A stretch of 64,000 nucleotides of DNA from an uncultured Gemmatimonadales bacterium (GCA_963707505.1 CAVPQB010000004.1:768001-832000), one strand, 5' to 3'. Shown: positions 52,202 to 62,118, counted from the stretch's first letter. The notes: generated by a model not told the origin, from the sequence alone. A program made the numbers and translations.

Positions 52202-53551
52202 ATGTCGTTGAAGTCAGTCGTTGCGTTTCTCCTCGCCGCCGCGCCAGTAGTTGGCGCGGCGCAGAGCGTGGTGCCGGTCCCGGCGGCAAGCGCGGCCTCG
52301 GCGCCGAACACCCACATGGTGGATACCGTCGATCGCGTGGTCGCGGTCGTCGGTAGCTCTGTCATCACGTGGAGTGATCTTGCCGCGGCTGTCAACGAGC
52401 AGCGCGCTGCGGGCCTCAAGCTTCCCGAAGATCCCGCGGGACAGCTTGCTGTAGCGCGCGGCGTCCTGAACGACCTCGTCGATCAGGAAATTCTGGTTCA
52501 GAAGGCAAAGGACGTGAAGGTCGATGTCACCGACGCGGAGGTTACACCGCAGGTCGATCGACAGATCAAGGAAGTGCGCTCACACTTCCAGAGTGACATC
52601 GAATATCGCAATGAGCTGAAGAACGCGGGTTTCGGATCGCCGGAAGAATATCGGCGCACACTGTTCGACCAGTTTCGCCGTCGCCTGATTCAGCAGAAGA
52701 CGTTCGCCGAGCTGCAGAAGCGCGCGAAGCCAGCCAGTGTGACGGAAGAGGAGGTGACTGCCGCGTTCGACAAGGTGAAGGATCAGCTGAAGAAGCGGCC
52801 GGCGATGGTTTCATTCCGCCAGATCGTCATCGCGCCGCACGCATCCAAGTTCGCCGATTCGGTAGCGCTCGCGAAGGCAGAATCATTGCTGGTGCAGCTC
52901 AGAAAAGGCGCGAACTTCGAAGAGATGGCGAAGCGCGAGTCGATGGATCCCGGCACCAAGAACGTCGGCGGGGATCTCGGATGGAACCGTCGTGGTTCCG
53001 ATCTGGTTCCACAATTCGAGGCGGTGATGTTCTCGCTGCGTCCCGGCGAGCTCAGCCCGATCGTCAAGACGTCGTTTGGATACCACATCATCCGCGTCGA
53101 TCGCGTGCAGCCGGCCGAAGTGAAGGCACGCCACATTCTCATCGCTCCGGTGATCGATTCGAACGACGTGCACCTCGCGTATCTACGCGCCGACAGCGTC
53201 GCAAATCTCTGGCGCAAGGGTGCGAACTTCGATACGCTCGTAGCGAAGTATCACGATCCCGCGGAAGAGAAGGGAATCCTGCAGCCGTATCCGGTGGATT
53301 CGCTGCCGGCGTCGTACAAGAGCGTGGTAGCCGATCTCAAGGTGAACGACGTAAGTGCTCCGTTCGCGCTCGTATCGCAGACGGGAAGCACCAAGTACGC
53401 GATCATACAGATCGTTGCCAAGACGGCGGAGGGCGAGTACTCGCTTCCCGAAATGCGCGAGAACATCCGGCGGCAGTTGGCGGACGAGAAGCAGGCGCGC
53501 GCACTACTCGACGATCTGCGAAAGCAGACCTACGTGTCGCTGAGGCTGTGA
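52202..53551 (+). CDS. surA: SurA-like periplasmic chaperone/PPIase
   Basis: VDRVVAVVG N-domain, GGDLGW, KTSFGYHII, ARHILI; directly upstream of pdxA, the typical surA-pdxA order. Confidence 0.8.
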   Translation: MSLKSVVAFLLAAAPVVGAAQSVVPVPAASAASAPNTHMVDTVDRVVAVVGSSVITWSDLAAAVNEQRAAGLKLPEDPAGQLAVARGVLNDLVDQEILVQKAKDVKVDVTDAEVTPQVDRQIKEVRSHFQSDIEYRNELKNAGFGSPEEYRRTLFDQFRRRLIQQKTFAELQKRAKPASVTEEEVTAAFDKVKDQLKKRPAMVSFRQIVIAPHASKFADSVALAKAESLLVQLRKGANFEEMAKRESMDPGTKNVGGDLGWNRRGSDLVPQFEAVMFSLRPGELSPIVKTSFGYHIIRVDRVQPAEVKARHILIAPVIDSNDVHLAYLRADSVANLWRKGANFDTLVAKYHDPAEEKGILQPYPVDSLPASYKSVVADLKVNDVSAPFALVSQTGSTKYAIIQIVAKTAEGEYSLPEMRENIRRQLADEKQARALLDDLRKQTYVSLRL

Positions 53552-54465
53552 CCGCGCGCGGTGGCGTCAACCGACCGCGCCTTGCGGTAACGGTCGGCGA
53601 CCCGCGCGGCATTGGTCCCGAAATAATCCGCGCAGCGCTGGAAGATCCGGCGCTGCGTGACGTATGTGACATCGTAGTGGTCGGTGCCGAAGGCGCCGAT
53701 GTGCCTGTCGATATTGCCGCCGGATCGTGGACCGTCGGCGACACTACCGCAGCGGCCGGCAAGGCAAGCGGCGACGCAATCGCACTCGCTGTAAAGCTCG
53801 CGCTCGCTGGCGAGGTCGATGGAATCGTTACCGCACCGATCGACAAGTTCGCGCTGCTGGCCGGCGGATACGATTATCCCGGTCACACGGAGATGCTCGC
53901 CGAGCTGACGGATTCGCGCGTGGCGATGATGCTCGCGTCCGACCGACTGCGCGTGGTGCTCGCTACCACGCACATCGCGCTGCGCGACGTTCCGCGTGCG
54001 CTCACGCGGGAGTCGATCGACTCCGCGGCGCGAGTTACGCGGGACGGATTGCGCGACTGGTTCGGGATCGCGTCGCCCCGCATCGCGCTCTGTGCGCTGA
54101 ATCCGCACGCCGGCGATCACGGCCGCTTCGGCGACGAGGACGATGTTCTGCTCGCGCCAGCTGCAAGGGAATCCGGACTGCTCGGGCCGTTTCCGGCGGA
54201 TACCGTGTTCGTTCGCGCAATTCGTGGTGAGTTCGACGCTGTGATCGCACCCTATCACGATGTGGGCATGACCGCGATCAAGGTCGCGTCGTTCGGAAGC
54301 GCGGTCAACGTGACGCTCGGTCTGCCGTTTCCGCGCACCTCACCGGATCACGGCACCGCCCTCGACATCGCCGGACGCGGCATCGCCGATCCTTCCAGCT
54401 TTATCGCGGCGACTCGGCTGTGCGCTGAGATAGTTCAGCGTCGGCGGCGAGCTTCGCAGCAGTAA
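53548..54465 (+). CDS. pdxA: 4-hydroxythreonine-4-phosphate dehydrogenase
   Basis: TVGDPRGIGPE, TAPIDK, PGHTE, LNPHAG, PADT, YHD, NVTLGLPFPRTSPDHGTALDIAG; GTGA overlap with surA. Confidence 0.93.
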   Translation: MTARGGVNRPRLAVTVGDPRGIGPEIIRAALEDPALRDVCDIVVVGAEGADVPVDIAAGSWTVGDTTAAAGKASGDAIALAVKLALAGEVDGIVTAPIDKFALLAGGYDYPGHTEMLAELTDSRVAMMLASDRLRVVLATTHIALRDVPRALTRESIDSAARVTRDGLRDWFGIASPRIALCALNPHAGDHGRFGDEDDVLLAPAARESGLLGPFPADTVFVRAIRGEFDAVIAPYHDVGMTAIKVASFGSAVNVTLGLPFPRTSPDHGTALDIAGRGIADPSSFIAATRLCAEIVQRRRRASQQ

Positions 54466-55750
54466 ACTCGACGGCCAGCGAATCGATCTTTCGTCCGTCC
54501 ATCTCACGCACGACGAAGGTCACATCGCCGCTGGCGAGTCTGTCGCCGGCCACCGGGAGACGACCGAGTGCGCCAAATACATAACCGCCGACCGTCGTGT
54601 AATCGTCTTCCGGGATCGACGTTCCGAACTCCTCGTTGAACTCCGAGATGCTCGTTGCTCCGGAGATGATCGTCTCGCCGTTGCTCGTCGTGCGCACGTC
54701 GACTTCCTCGCCCACGTCGTACTCGTCCAGAATCTCGCCAACTATCTCTTCCAGCAGATCTTCCATCGTCACGATCCCGGCCGTGCCGCCGTACTCGTCC
54801 AGCACGATCGCCATGTGCTCCTTGCGACGCTTGAAGTCGGCAAGAACATCCTCGACTTCGCGCGAGCCCGGTATGAAATACACCGGCCGCATCAGCGGAC
54901 GTAAGGTGAATTCGGCTGGACGATGTGCAAGAACCGGAATCAGATCCTTGGAAAGGATGATCCCGATGATGTCGTCGATCGTCTCCTCGTAAACCGGGTA
55001 GCGCGACAGGCCGCTCTCGCTCACGAGCTCGATGATGTCTTCCAGTGTCGCCGTTGCGTCGATCGCAACGATTTCCGTGCGCGGAGTCATCACCTCGCGC
55101 GCATTCTTCTCCGAGAATTCGAACACGGCGTCGAGCAGTGCCGCGTCGTGCTCCTCGATCGCGCCGCCCTCCTCGCTCTGCTCGACCAGCATGCGGAGCT
55201 CTTCGGGCGAGTGCACCGATTCAGCGGTCGGAACCGGACGCTGGCCGAGTATCCGCATCACGCGAACTGCAGACTTGTTGAGCAGCCAGGTGAACGGACG
55301 CATGATCCACGCGAACGCGAGTAGCGGTGGAGTGAGGTAGCGGGCCCAGCGCTCCGGTTGATTGAGCGCGAAGGTCTTGGGCGTGAGCTCACCGAACACG
55401 ACCGTCAGGTACGTCACGAATGCGAGCGCGATGACCGTCGCGATGGTCACGCGAGTGGCGACGTCGATCCCCAGTGGCAGGCGCGCGAACGACTCCGCGA
55501 ACGACTGCACCAGGAGCGACTCGGCGATCCATCCGAGCAGGAGACTCGTAAGGGTGACGCCAAGCTGGCTCGCCGAGAGCGCCGCGGAGAGATTGTTGGT
55601 GGCTTTGAGCGCAACGCGGGCCAGCCCGTCGCCGCCACGCGCCATCGCCTCCAGGCGCGTCTTTCGGGATCGGACCAGAGCAAACTCCGCGGCCACGAAA
55701 AAAGCGTTGATCAGGACCAGCCCGAGAACGGCCGCTATGCGTAGCAACAC
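54401..55750 (-). CDS. HlyC/CorC-family (CNNM-CBS-CorC) membrane protein
   Basis: [53 protein letters not shown]. Confidence 0.92.
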   Translation of the reverse strand: MLLRIAAVLGLVLINAFFVAAEFALVRSRKTRLEAMARGGDGLARVALKATNNLSAALSASQLGVTLTSLLLGWIAESLLVQSFAESFARLPLGIDVATRVTIATVIALAFVTYLTVVFGELTPKTFALNQPERWARYLTPPLLAFAWIMRPFTWLLNKSAVRVMRILGQRPVPTAESVHSPEELRMLVEQSEEGGAIEEHDAALLDAVFEFSEKNAREVMTPRTEIVAIDATATLEDIIELVSESGLSRYPVYEETIDDIIGIILSKDLIPVLAHRPAEFTLRPLMRPVYFIPGSREVEDVLADFKRRKEHMAIVLDEYGGTAGIVTMEDLLEEIVGEILDEYDVGEEVDVRTTSNGETIISGATSISEFNEEFGTSIPEDDYTTVGGYVFGALGRLPVAGDRLASGDVTFVVREMDGRKIDSLAVEFTAAKLAADAELSQRTAESPR

Positions 55751-55888
55751 CCTCGAAAGATAGTCGGCAGGGGCGACGGGGCCGATGCGTCGCCCCAACG
55801 GGCGTCGCCCGTACGCCGCGCACATCCGAGCCGTCTGGTCGGCACCCGACCCACGTTTGGATCACCCGACCCGTTAAATTTCAGGGCT

Positions 55889-57741
55889 ATGTCAGAAAGC
55901 AGCAAATCCGAAACATCGCCATCATCGCGCACGTCGATCACGGCAAGACTACGCTCGTGGACAAGATGCTCCGGCAGGCCGGCGCATTCCGCGATAATCA
56001 GGTCGTCGTCGAGCGCGTGATGGATTCCAATCCGCTCGAGCGCGAGCGCGGAATCACGATCCTGGCCAAGAACACGTCGGTGCGCTGGCACGGGACCAAG
56101 ATCAACATCGTCGACACGCCCGGCCACGCCGACTTCGGTGGCGAGGTCGAGCGCATTCTGCGCATGGTCGACGGCGTTCTGCTCGTCGTCGATGCGTTCG
56201 ACGGACCGATGCCGCAGACGCGCTTCGTGCTCGGCAAGGCGCTCGCGCTCGAGCCGCACGCCGATCGTCGTCATCAACAAGATCGATCGGCCCGGCGCCG
56301 ATCCGATGCGCGTGCACGACGAGGTGCTCGATCTCTTCATCGAGCTCGAGGCCGATGCGGCGCAGCTCGACGCGCCGGTCGTCTATGCGTCCGCGCGCGA
56401 AGGCGTCGCGACGATGGACATGGATGTGACGCCCGTCGATCTCTCACCGCTGTTCGAGACGATCGTCGACCACGTTCCGCGCGCCGCCGACGGATGCGAA
56501 CGGTCCGTTCCAGATGCTCATCTCGACGATCGATCACTCACCGTATCTCGGCCGCCTCGGCGATCGGGCGCATCGAGCGCGGCACGGTGAACGTCGGCGA
56601 CAGCGTGGCGCTGCTTGCCGATGGATACGACCGCAACGCCGAGCAGTCGCGCGTCACGCAAGCTGTTCACGTACGACGGACTCGATCGCATCGAGGTGAA
56701 CAGGCGTCGGCTGGCGACATCGTCGCGCTGGCGGGACTCGAAGGCGTCGAGATCGGACTCACCGTCACCGACGTCGAACACTCCCGAGCGACTTGCGGGC
56801 ATTTCCGTCGAGGAGCCGACCATCTCGGTCGACTTCCTCGTCAACAATTCGCCGTTCGCCGGCAAGGAAGGGAAGTTCGTCACGTCGCGCCAGCTGCGCG
56901 AGCGGCTGTACAAGGAGCTCGAGCGCAACGTCGCGCTGCGGGTCGAGGACACCGAGTCCACCGACACGTGGACCGTGTCCGGTCGCGGCGAGCTGCATCT
57001 CACGATTCTGATGGAGACGATGCGGCGCGAGGGTTACGAGTTTCAGGTTTCGCGTCCGCGAGTGATCACGCGCGAGGGTCCGAACGGCGAGCGGCTCGAG
57101 CCGTACGAGGAGCTTGCCATCGACGTGCCCGAGGAGTTCCTCGGCGCCGTGATCGAGAAGCTCGGACCGCGCCGCGGCGAGATGCTCGAGATGAAGAACC
57201 CCGGGCAGGGAATGATGCGTCTGACTGTACCGAATTCCGGCGCGCGGACTGTTCGGCTATCGCTCGGAGTTTCTGACCGACACTCGCGGCACGGGCATCA
57301 TGCACCATCGGTTTCTGGAGTACGGACCGTGGGCGGGTCCGCTGGCCGGGCGTATGCGTGGAACGCTGGTCTCGATGGAGGGCGGCGTGATCGTTGCATT
57401 CGCGCTTGCAAATCTCGCGGAGCGGGCTACCCTATTCGTTTCGCCAGGCGATCCGGTTTACGAGGGGATGATGGTCGGCGAGAATTCACGGCCGGGTGAC
57501 ATGGACGTCAACCCGACCAGGGAAAAGAAGCTGACCAACATGCGATCCAAGTCGACCGACGAGAACATCCAGCTCGAGCCACCGCGGGTAGTTGACGCTG
57601 GAAAGTGCGCTGGAGTATATCGAGGAGGACGAGCTGATCGAGGTGACGCCGCGGTCGATCCGTCTGCGGAAGCGTCATCTCAGCGCGAACGATCGAAAGA
57701 AGATGTCGCGTGAGGCAAAACGTGAGCGTGCCGCCGGTTGA
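55889..57741 (+). pseudogene. typA: Translational GTPase TypA/BipA, broken as sequenced by about 9 single-base indels (probably sequencing error, not true decay)
   Basis: [65 protein letters not shown] and ELIEVTP are spread over all three + frames. Confidence 0.9.
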
Positions 57742-57882
57742 CGTGACCGGCGGAACTCACCCGTTTTCCGGGTTGCACGTTTGTTGCACGACCGCTGCGC
57801 TTCTGTGTGACAGGTATTGACTTCGCGAGTGGCTGCTCGATTAACTTCCCGTGAACCCCGTGTAATTCAGATGGAGAAGGAA

Positions 57883-58227
57883 ATGCTGTTGGATGATCTC
57901 GACGTGCCCGGCATGATTGGCATGCGCACCGATTTCGCTGGCTATGACCTGGCGAGACCGTTCGAGGAAGACCCGGAGGACGAGGGTCCGCCGAACGCGT
58001 TCGACGACGACGAAGACGACGCTGATGACTTCGACGACGACCTGGATGACGACGACGACGATGACGAGGATGATGATGAGCTCGACATCGACGAAGATGA
58101 TGACGAGGACGAGGTAGACGACGACTTCGATGATGATGACGAAGACGACGATGAAGACCTCGATGATGATCTGGACGAGGACGCTGACATCGACGATGTG
58201 GACGACGGCGAGGACGCCGATCTCTAG
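57883..58227 (+). CDS. Hypothetical protein with an extremely acidic Asp/Glu tail
   Basis: GGAGAAGGA RBS before ATG 57883 (alternative ATG 57871). GAC/GAT/GAG codons are mixed, so it is not a simple DNA repeat. Followed by a terminator. Confidence 0.7.
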   Translation: MLLDDLDVPGMIGMRTDFAGYDLARPFEEDPEDEGPPNAFDDDEDDADDFDDDLDDDDDDDEDDDELDIDEDDDEDEVDDDFDDDDEDDDEDLDDDLDEDADIDDVDDGEDADL

Positions 58228-58272
58228 AGTCGTGCCGGCGTGAGCCGGCGCTTCGCTCCGCTCAATAATTCG

Positions 58273-58308
58273 CAAAAAGGGCGGCCCGTGACAGGGCCGC
58301 CCTTTTTG
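58273..58308. terminator. Bidirectional intrinsic terminator
   Basis: caaaaagggcggccc-gtgaca-gggccgccctttttg between convergent genes. Confidence 0.9.
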
Positions 58309-58325
58309 TCTGCGCGCGATTCGCG

Positions 58326-58562
58326 CTAGCGTTTCTTCAGTGCGGGTCGCGGAGTGCGTCCGAATACTTCTGCGACCGACCGGCCGATCATGGCAGAGAT
58401 GGCCTCTTCCAGCCGCGCACTGCCGACGCGCTCACCGCCGATGACGAGGGTGAGGTGGTTGTAGGAGACCCCAAGTTCCGCGGCGGCCTCCGCCATGGTC
58501 AGCTCGCGGAGCGTCACCGCGGCCCTCAACGCCGCCTTGCGTTCGAGTGGCGTCATAGCCAT
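58326..58562 (-). CDS. Small Cro/Ner-like helix-turn-helix protein
   Basis: LTMAEAAAELGVSYNHLTLVIGGER HTH pattern, 78 aa, divergent from the XRE regulator. Confidence 0.75.
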   Translation of the reverse strand: MAMTPLERKAALRAAVTLRELTMAEAAAELGVSYNHLTLVIGGERVGSARLEEAISAMIGRSVAEVFGRTPRPALKKR

Positions 58563-58585
58563 TCTTGGCTACCAATACGTTGCAT

Positions 58586-58667
58586 TTCTAACGGTTAGAA
58601 GTATCACGCCTCATGCGGTGTGGAATATGATACGCGGGCGTAGCAAGTCAAGCAATCTATGATACGC
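58586..58667. promoter_or_regulatory. Divergent promoter/operator region
   Basis: Palindrome TTCTAAC-G-GTTAGAA (58586-58600); direct repeat TATGATACGC (58626 and 58658); minus-strand TTGCTT-N17-TATCAT (58655-58627). Confidence 0.55.
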
Positions 58668-59207
58668 AGTCGGATCAGGCGCAGGGTCTCGCTCGGGGAT
58701 CGGGTGAAATCTGCGAGGGAAGGCCTTCGCGTCGGCGGTCAGAAGGTGACGCAGGGCGATCTGGCGAAGGCTGTGGGCGTAAACCGGAACACCGTTAGCC
58801 GGTGGGAGAACGGAGCGATGGCGCCGAGCGATCCGGCGGTGCTCGCGTCATTGGCGGGCGCGCTGGAGGTATCGGTCGAGTGGCTGATCAGTGGCGACGC
58901 TGCGGCGGTTCCGGCCGGCAAGGCGGAGCTGCACGAGAGCTCGGGACGCCGGTACCTGGATCCGGCGACCGCCGAGCTTCCTGAGCGGGCAAGGTCGGTC
59001 GCGCTGGGCTACCTTGACCGGTTGCGGGCATGTGGTTGCACGCAGGATCAGCGGCGAGGCGCAGAATCCCTGTTGTTGGCCGGTGCGCGCAATGCGGTTT
59101 CGTCGACTCCATTCCACGAGCGCGATGATGCGGACGTATGCGCAGACGTCGATGCCGCGTGGGACGGGGTGGTGCGAATCCTGAGGCGCGAGGGGAAGCG
59201 TCCGTAG
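58659..59207 (+). CDS. XRE-family HTH transcriptional regulator
   Basis: LGDRVKSAR...TQGDLAKAVGVNRNTVSRWENG...LAGALEVSVEWL; C-terminal domain unrecognised. Start may be the downstream in-frame codon. Confidence 0.85.
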   Translation: MIRSRIRRRVSLGDRVKSAREGLRVGGQKVTQGDLAKAVGVNRNTVSRWENGAMAPSDPAVLASLAGALEVSVEWLISGDAAAVPAGKAELHESSGRRYLDPATAELPERARSVALGYLDRLRACGCTQDQRRGAESLLLAGARNAVSSTPFHERDDADVCADVDAAWDGVVRILRREGKRP

Positions 59208-59239
59208 CGGATTACGGAGTGCGGATGCGGCGCAGTCGC

Positions 59240-59268
59240 TTGCTCGGGGGTGTGGGCTCTTTTATCTT
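59240..59268 (+). promoter_or_regulatory. Sigma70-type promoter for tRNA-Ile
   Basis: TTGCTC-N17-TATCTT about 50 bp upstream of the tRNA. Confidence 0.55.
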
Positions 59269-59321
59269 CAAGGGCTCCCGGTCGCTTTCCGCGTCGCTGT
59301 TCGAGGCGGAAGATGGATCGA

Positions 59322-59395
<74 letters not shown>

Positions 59396-59402
59396 TGTAC
59401 AC

Positions 59403-59445
59403 AACCATGGCCATGTCGACAGTACGACATGGCCATGGTTTTTTT
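59403..59445 (+). terminator. Intrinsic terminator after tRNA-Ile
   Basis: 16-bp stem aaccatggccatgtcg/cgacatggccatggtt plus a T-run. Confidence 0.9.
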
Positions 59446-59542
59446 GTTTTCGCGGCGCGGCGACTTGGCGCGGCGACTTATGGAACAACGCGCTGTCGCA
59501 AACGTCTTAACAGATCCACAATCCGGCCAGTCAACCCAATTC

Positions 59543-60142
59543 ATGACAAGACTCCTCACTGCAGTTCTTTTCCTCGCAGGCGCAGCCACACCCGGACTTG
59601 CGATGGCGCAAGGCAGTCGCGGCGGATTCGGTGGTGGACGAGGACGCGGCGGGCGCAGCCAGGGTGACACCACTGCGACCGGCGCACCACGACCTCAAAT
59701 GAGTTTCGCGGAGATCGTCTTCGCGCATCGGTCCGATCTTCAGCTCGCGGATTCGCAGACAACCAGGGTGAGCGAGATCCGCATGCGGGCGATGAGCAGG
59801 CGCGTCACGCTCTCCGCTACGCTGGACTCCGTGAAGGCGATCATGGCGATGAATCCATCCAACATCGCGACTCCAACCTCCGACTCGTCACGCAAGGAGA
59901 TGGCAGCCCAGCGCCGCGAGCTTGCATCGGTACTCGGCGATCTTCACGATGTGGATGTGACCGCGCGCAACGCGACGCTGCTTGTACTCAATCCCGATCA
60001 ACAGAAGAAGGCCGAGCAATTGGAAGAGCAGGCAGATGCGCCAGTTGCGCCAGGCAACGGGGCCGGACGCGGAGCGGGTGGCGGCGGCCGCCGTGGCGGG
60101 GGACGGCCCGGCGGCGGAATGGGCGGAATGGGTAATCCGTGA
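59543..60142 (+). CDS. Periplasmic Spy/CpxP-like helical protein with Gly/Arg-rich tails
   Basis: Signal peptide ending AMA-Q; LQLADSQ and VLNPDQQ resemble LTxxQ motifs. Confidence 0.6.
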   Translation: MTRLLTAVLFLAGAATPGLAMAQGSRGGFGGGRGRGGRSQGDTTATGAPRPQMSFAEIVFAHRSDLQLADSQTTRVSEIRMRAMSRRVTLSATLDSVKAIMAMNPSNIATPTSDSSRKEMAAQRRELASVLGDLHDVDVTARNATLLVLNPDQQKKAEQLEEQADAPVAPGNGAGRGAGGGGRRGGGRPGGGMGGMGNP

Positions 60143-60473
60143 CCGCTCGCGCGACAGCACTGGCAAACCCCGCCGTCTGACACGGTGAACGCAGGGCTAT
60201 GGGTTCGCGGATGTGCCAAACGCCCGCGCTTTGCGGCCGGATGCCTTTTCACGCCGCGCCGACGGGATGACACCGATTCCACAAATGGCAAACCCATGCC
60301 ATACGTGAACGATTGCAGCAATTTGGTGGCGACGTTACCGAGGTAATGATGCCGCGCAGTAATTCACGGAATCCATAAGTTCGCGTCGTAGTCCAACCGT
60401 AACGCGATCTACACGCGTCCCAGCCGCAACAACGCAATTGCGAGCACAACAGCGAGCATCGTGCAGCTGGCTG

Positions 60474-61367
60474 CTATTCTGCGACCGGCGGGTGCAGCAT
60501 CGTTACGAGCTCGCGCACAGTTGCCGGCGTGCGCGGTCCGAAGTACAGCAGCTCCTGCTCGCTGATTCGATAGATGCGCTTGTTCTTGCCGGCGGGTGTG
60601 AGATTCACACCCGGCAGCGCCGCGAACTTGTCGGCACTGCCCATGCGGTCGAACCCGACATCCGTCGCGATGATGACATCGGGCGCGAGCTGGGCGATGA
60701 GTTCCGGGGTGAGCCGCGTCATGGACCGCGTCGAGTCGATCGCATTCGCGGCGCCGGCCCAGCGCAGCATCTGAGTCGCAGGGCCTTCTCCGCCCACGGC
60801 GAGATAACTGTTACCGATCTGGCCGAAGTGCATGATGAGTACGCGCGGATGTGGCTTGCCGGTCCACTGCGCCGTGTCCTTCCAGACCGAATCCATTCCG
60901 ACGCGCCACTGCGCGATGACGCTGTCCGCAGCCTTCTCACGATGGAACTGCTTGCCGAGTTGCGTCATCAGTATCTGCGCGCTGTCGAGCGATTCGCCCG
61001 GCTTGATGACGAGCATCGGTATGCCGACCTTCTTCAGCTGATCGAGCACGGCGTCAGGTCCCACATTTCCGTCCGTAAGAAACAGCGTTGGCTTCATCGA
61101 TATGATGCCCTCGGCGCTCAACGCGCGATGGTAACCGACCGACGGAAGCGACCTGATTGCGGGAGGATAGATCGACGTGAGATCTCTGGCTACGAGATTG
61201 TCCTGCGCCCCGATCTCGTACATGAACTCGTTGATCTGTTTGGAGACGCCGACAACGCGATTGGGATTGCCGCTACTGTCGGATCTTCCGCATGCGGCGA
61301 TCGCGAGCGCGATGGCCGCCGCGGTTGCGATTCGCCCGGGATTGAACGAGGGAGCTGTCCGAAACAT
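60474..61367 (-). CDS. Heme/iron-chelate ABC transporter substrate-binding lipoprotein (HmuT/PhuT-like)
   Basis: Lipobox IAAC, RVVGVS, DLTSIYP, LPSVGYHRALSAEGIISMKP, TPAGKNKRI, FGPRT. Confidence 0.85.
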   Translation of the reverse strand: MFRTAPSFNPGRIATAAAIALAIAACGRSDSSGNPNRVVGVSKQINEFMYEIGAQDNLVARDLTSIYPPAIRSLPSVGYHRALSAEGIISMKPTLFLTDGNVGPDAVLDQLKKVGIPMLVIKPGESLDSAQILMTQLGKQFHREKAADSVIAQWRVGMDSVWKDTAQWTGKPHPRVLIMHFGQIGNSYLAVGGEGPATQMLRWAGAANAIDSTRSMTRLTPELIAQLAPDVIIATDVGFDRMGSADKFAALPGVNLTPAGKNKRIYRISEQELLYFGPRTPATVRELVTMLHPPVAE

Positions 61368-61538
61368 GTATGTGACGCATTGGCGTGTACTTGAGGATTG
61401 GCGACATCCCCGTCTGTCGCGGTGGCGGCCGGAGTCGCGCAACTAAGATTACGCTAAGGCCGATTACTCCGTTGCGCGCCGACTTGGCTCTTAGCAACTT
61501 CTTGCTAGGAGTACCAATTCCCTTCATGGAGAATGGCT

Positions 61539-62095
61539 ATGCGGCTCATATCACGCTCGTTCGCGATGGCGGCGGCAATCGCGATGGCATCGGCACTCAG
61601 TGTCGGTGCGGCAGGTGCACAGGGAACGGCTACAACGTGCAAGGACGGAACCACGAGCGCGACGTCTGGTCGCGGTGCATGTTCCGGACACGGCGGCGTG
61701 GCAAAGGCCGCCAGCGCGGCAAAGGCGCCGAAGGCTAGCAAGGCTGCAGGCGGCAACGGCGGCAGCGCCGGCCAAGGCTGCGACGAGCGCCGCCATGGTT
61801 ACATGCACTGATGGAACGATGTCGAAGGGCGGCCGCGGCGCATGCTCTGGTCATGGCGGTGTAAAGACGTCGGCAGCAGCAGCGGCTGCGGTTACCCCTG
61901 CGGCAGCGGCAACAGCCAAGCCCGCCAAGGCGGCCAAGGCTTCGACCGCGTCCAAGGCAACGGTCGGATCGGGCGCCAAGGAAGACAACAATCCGGTCGG
62001 TGCGATCGCCAAGTGCAAGGATGGTCTCTACTCGCACGCTACTCATCGCCAGGGCGCTTGCAGCCGGTCACGGCGGGGTCGCCAGCTGGACCTGA
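61539..62095 (+). CDS. Exported DUF3761-like repeat protein; two apparent frameshifts (about 61750 and 62065)
   Basis: Signal peptide and three CxDG...(R/Q)GACSGHGGV units with Ala/Lys linkers once two extra bases are removed; GGAG RBS. Confidence 0.75.
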
Positions 62096-62118
62096 CGGTA
62101 GCAATCGATTCATAGTGC

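Noticed and set aside
52981..53547. N-terminal extension of pdxA in the ORF track (494 aa)
   Set aside because: It overlaps surA out of frame; PdxA motifs begin right after the GTGA overlap at 53548.
57841..58275. Poly-Ser, poly-Thr and Val/Ile-rich ORFs over the acidic gene
   Set aside because: They are alternate-frame readings of GAC/GAT/GAG codons; only the Asp/Glu frame has an RBS and third-position variation.
60143..60473. Possible sRNA or small gene in the 330-bp gap
   Set aside because: No convincing ORF, terminator or known RNA motif could be identified by eye.
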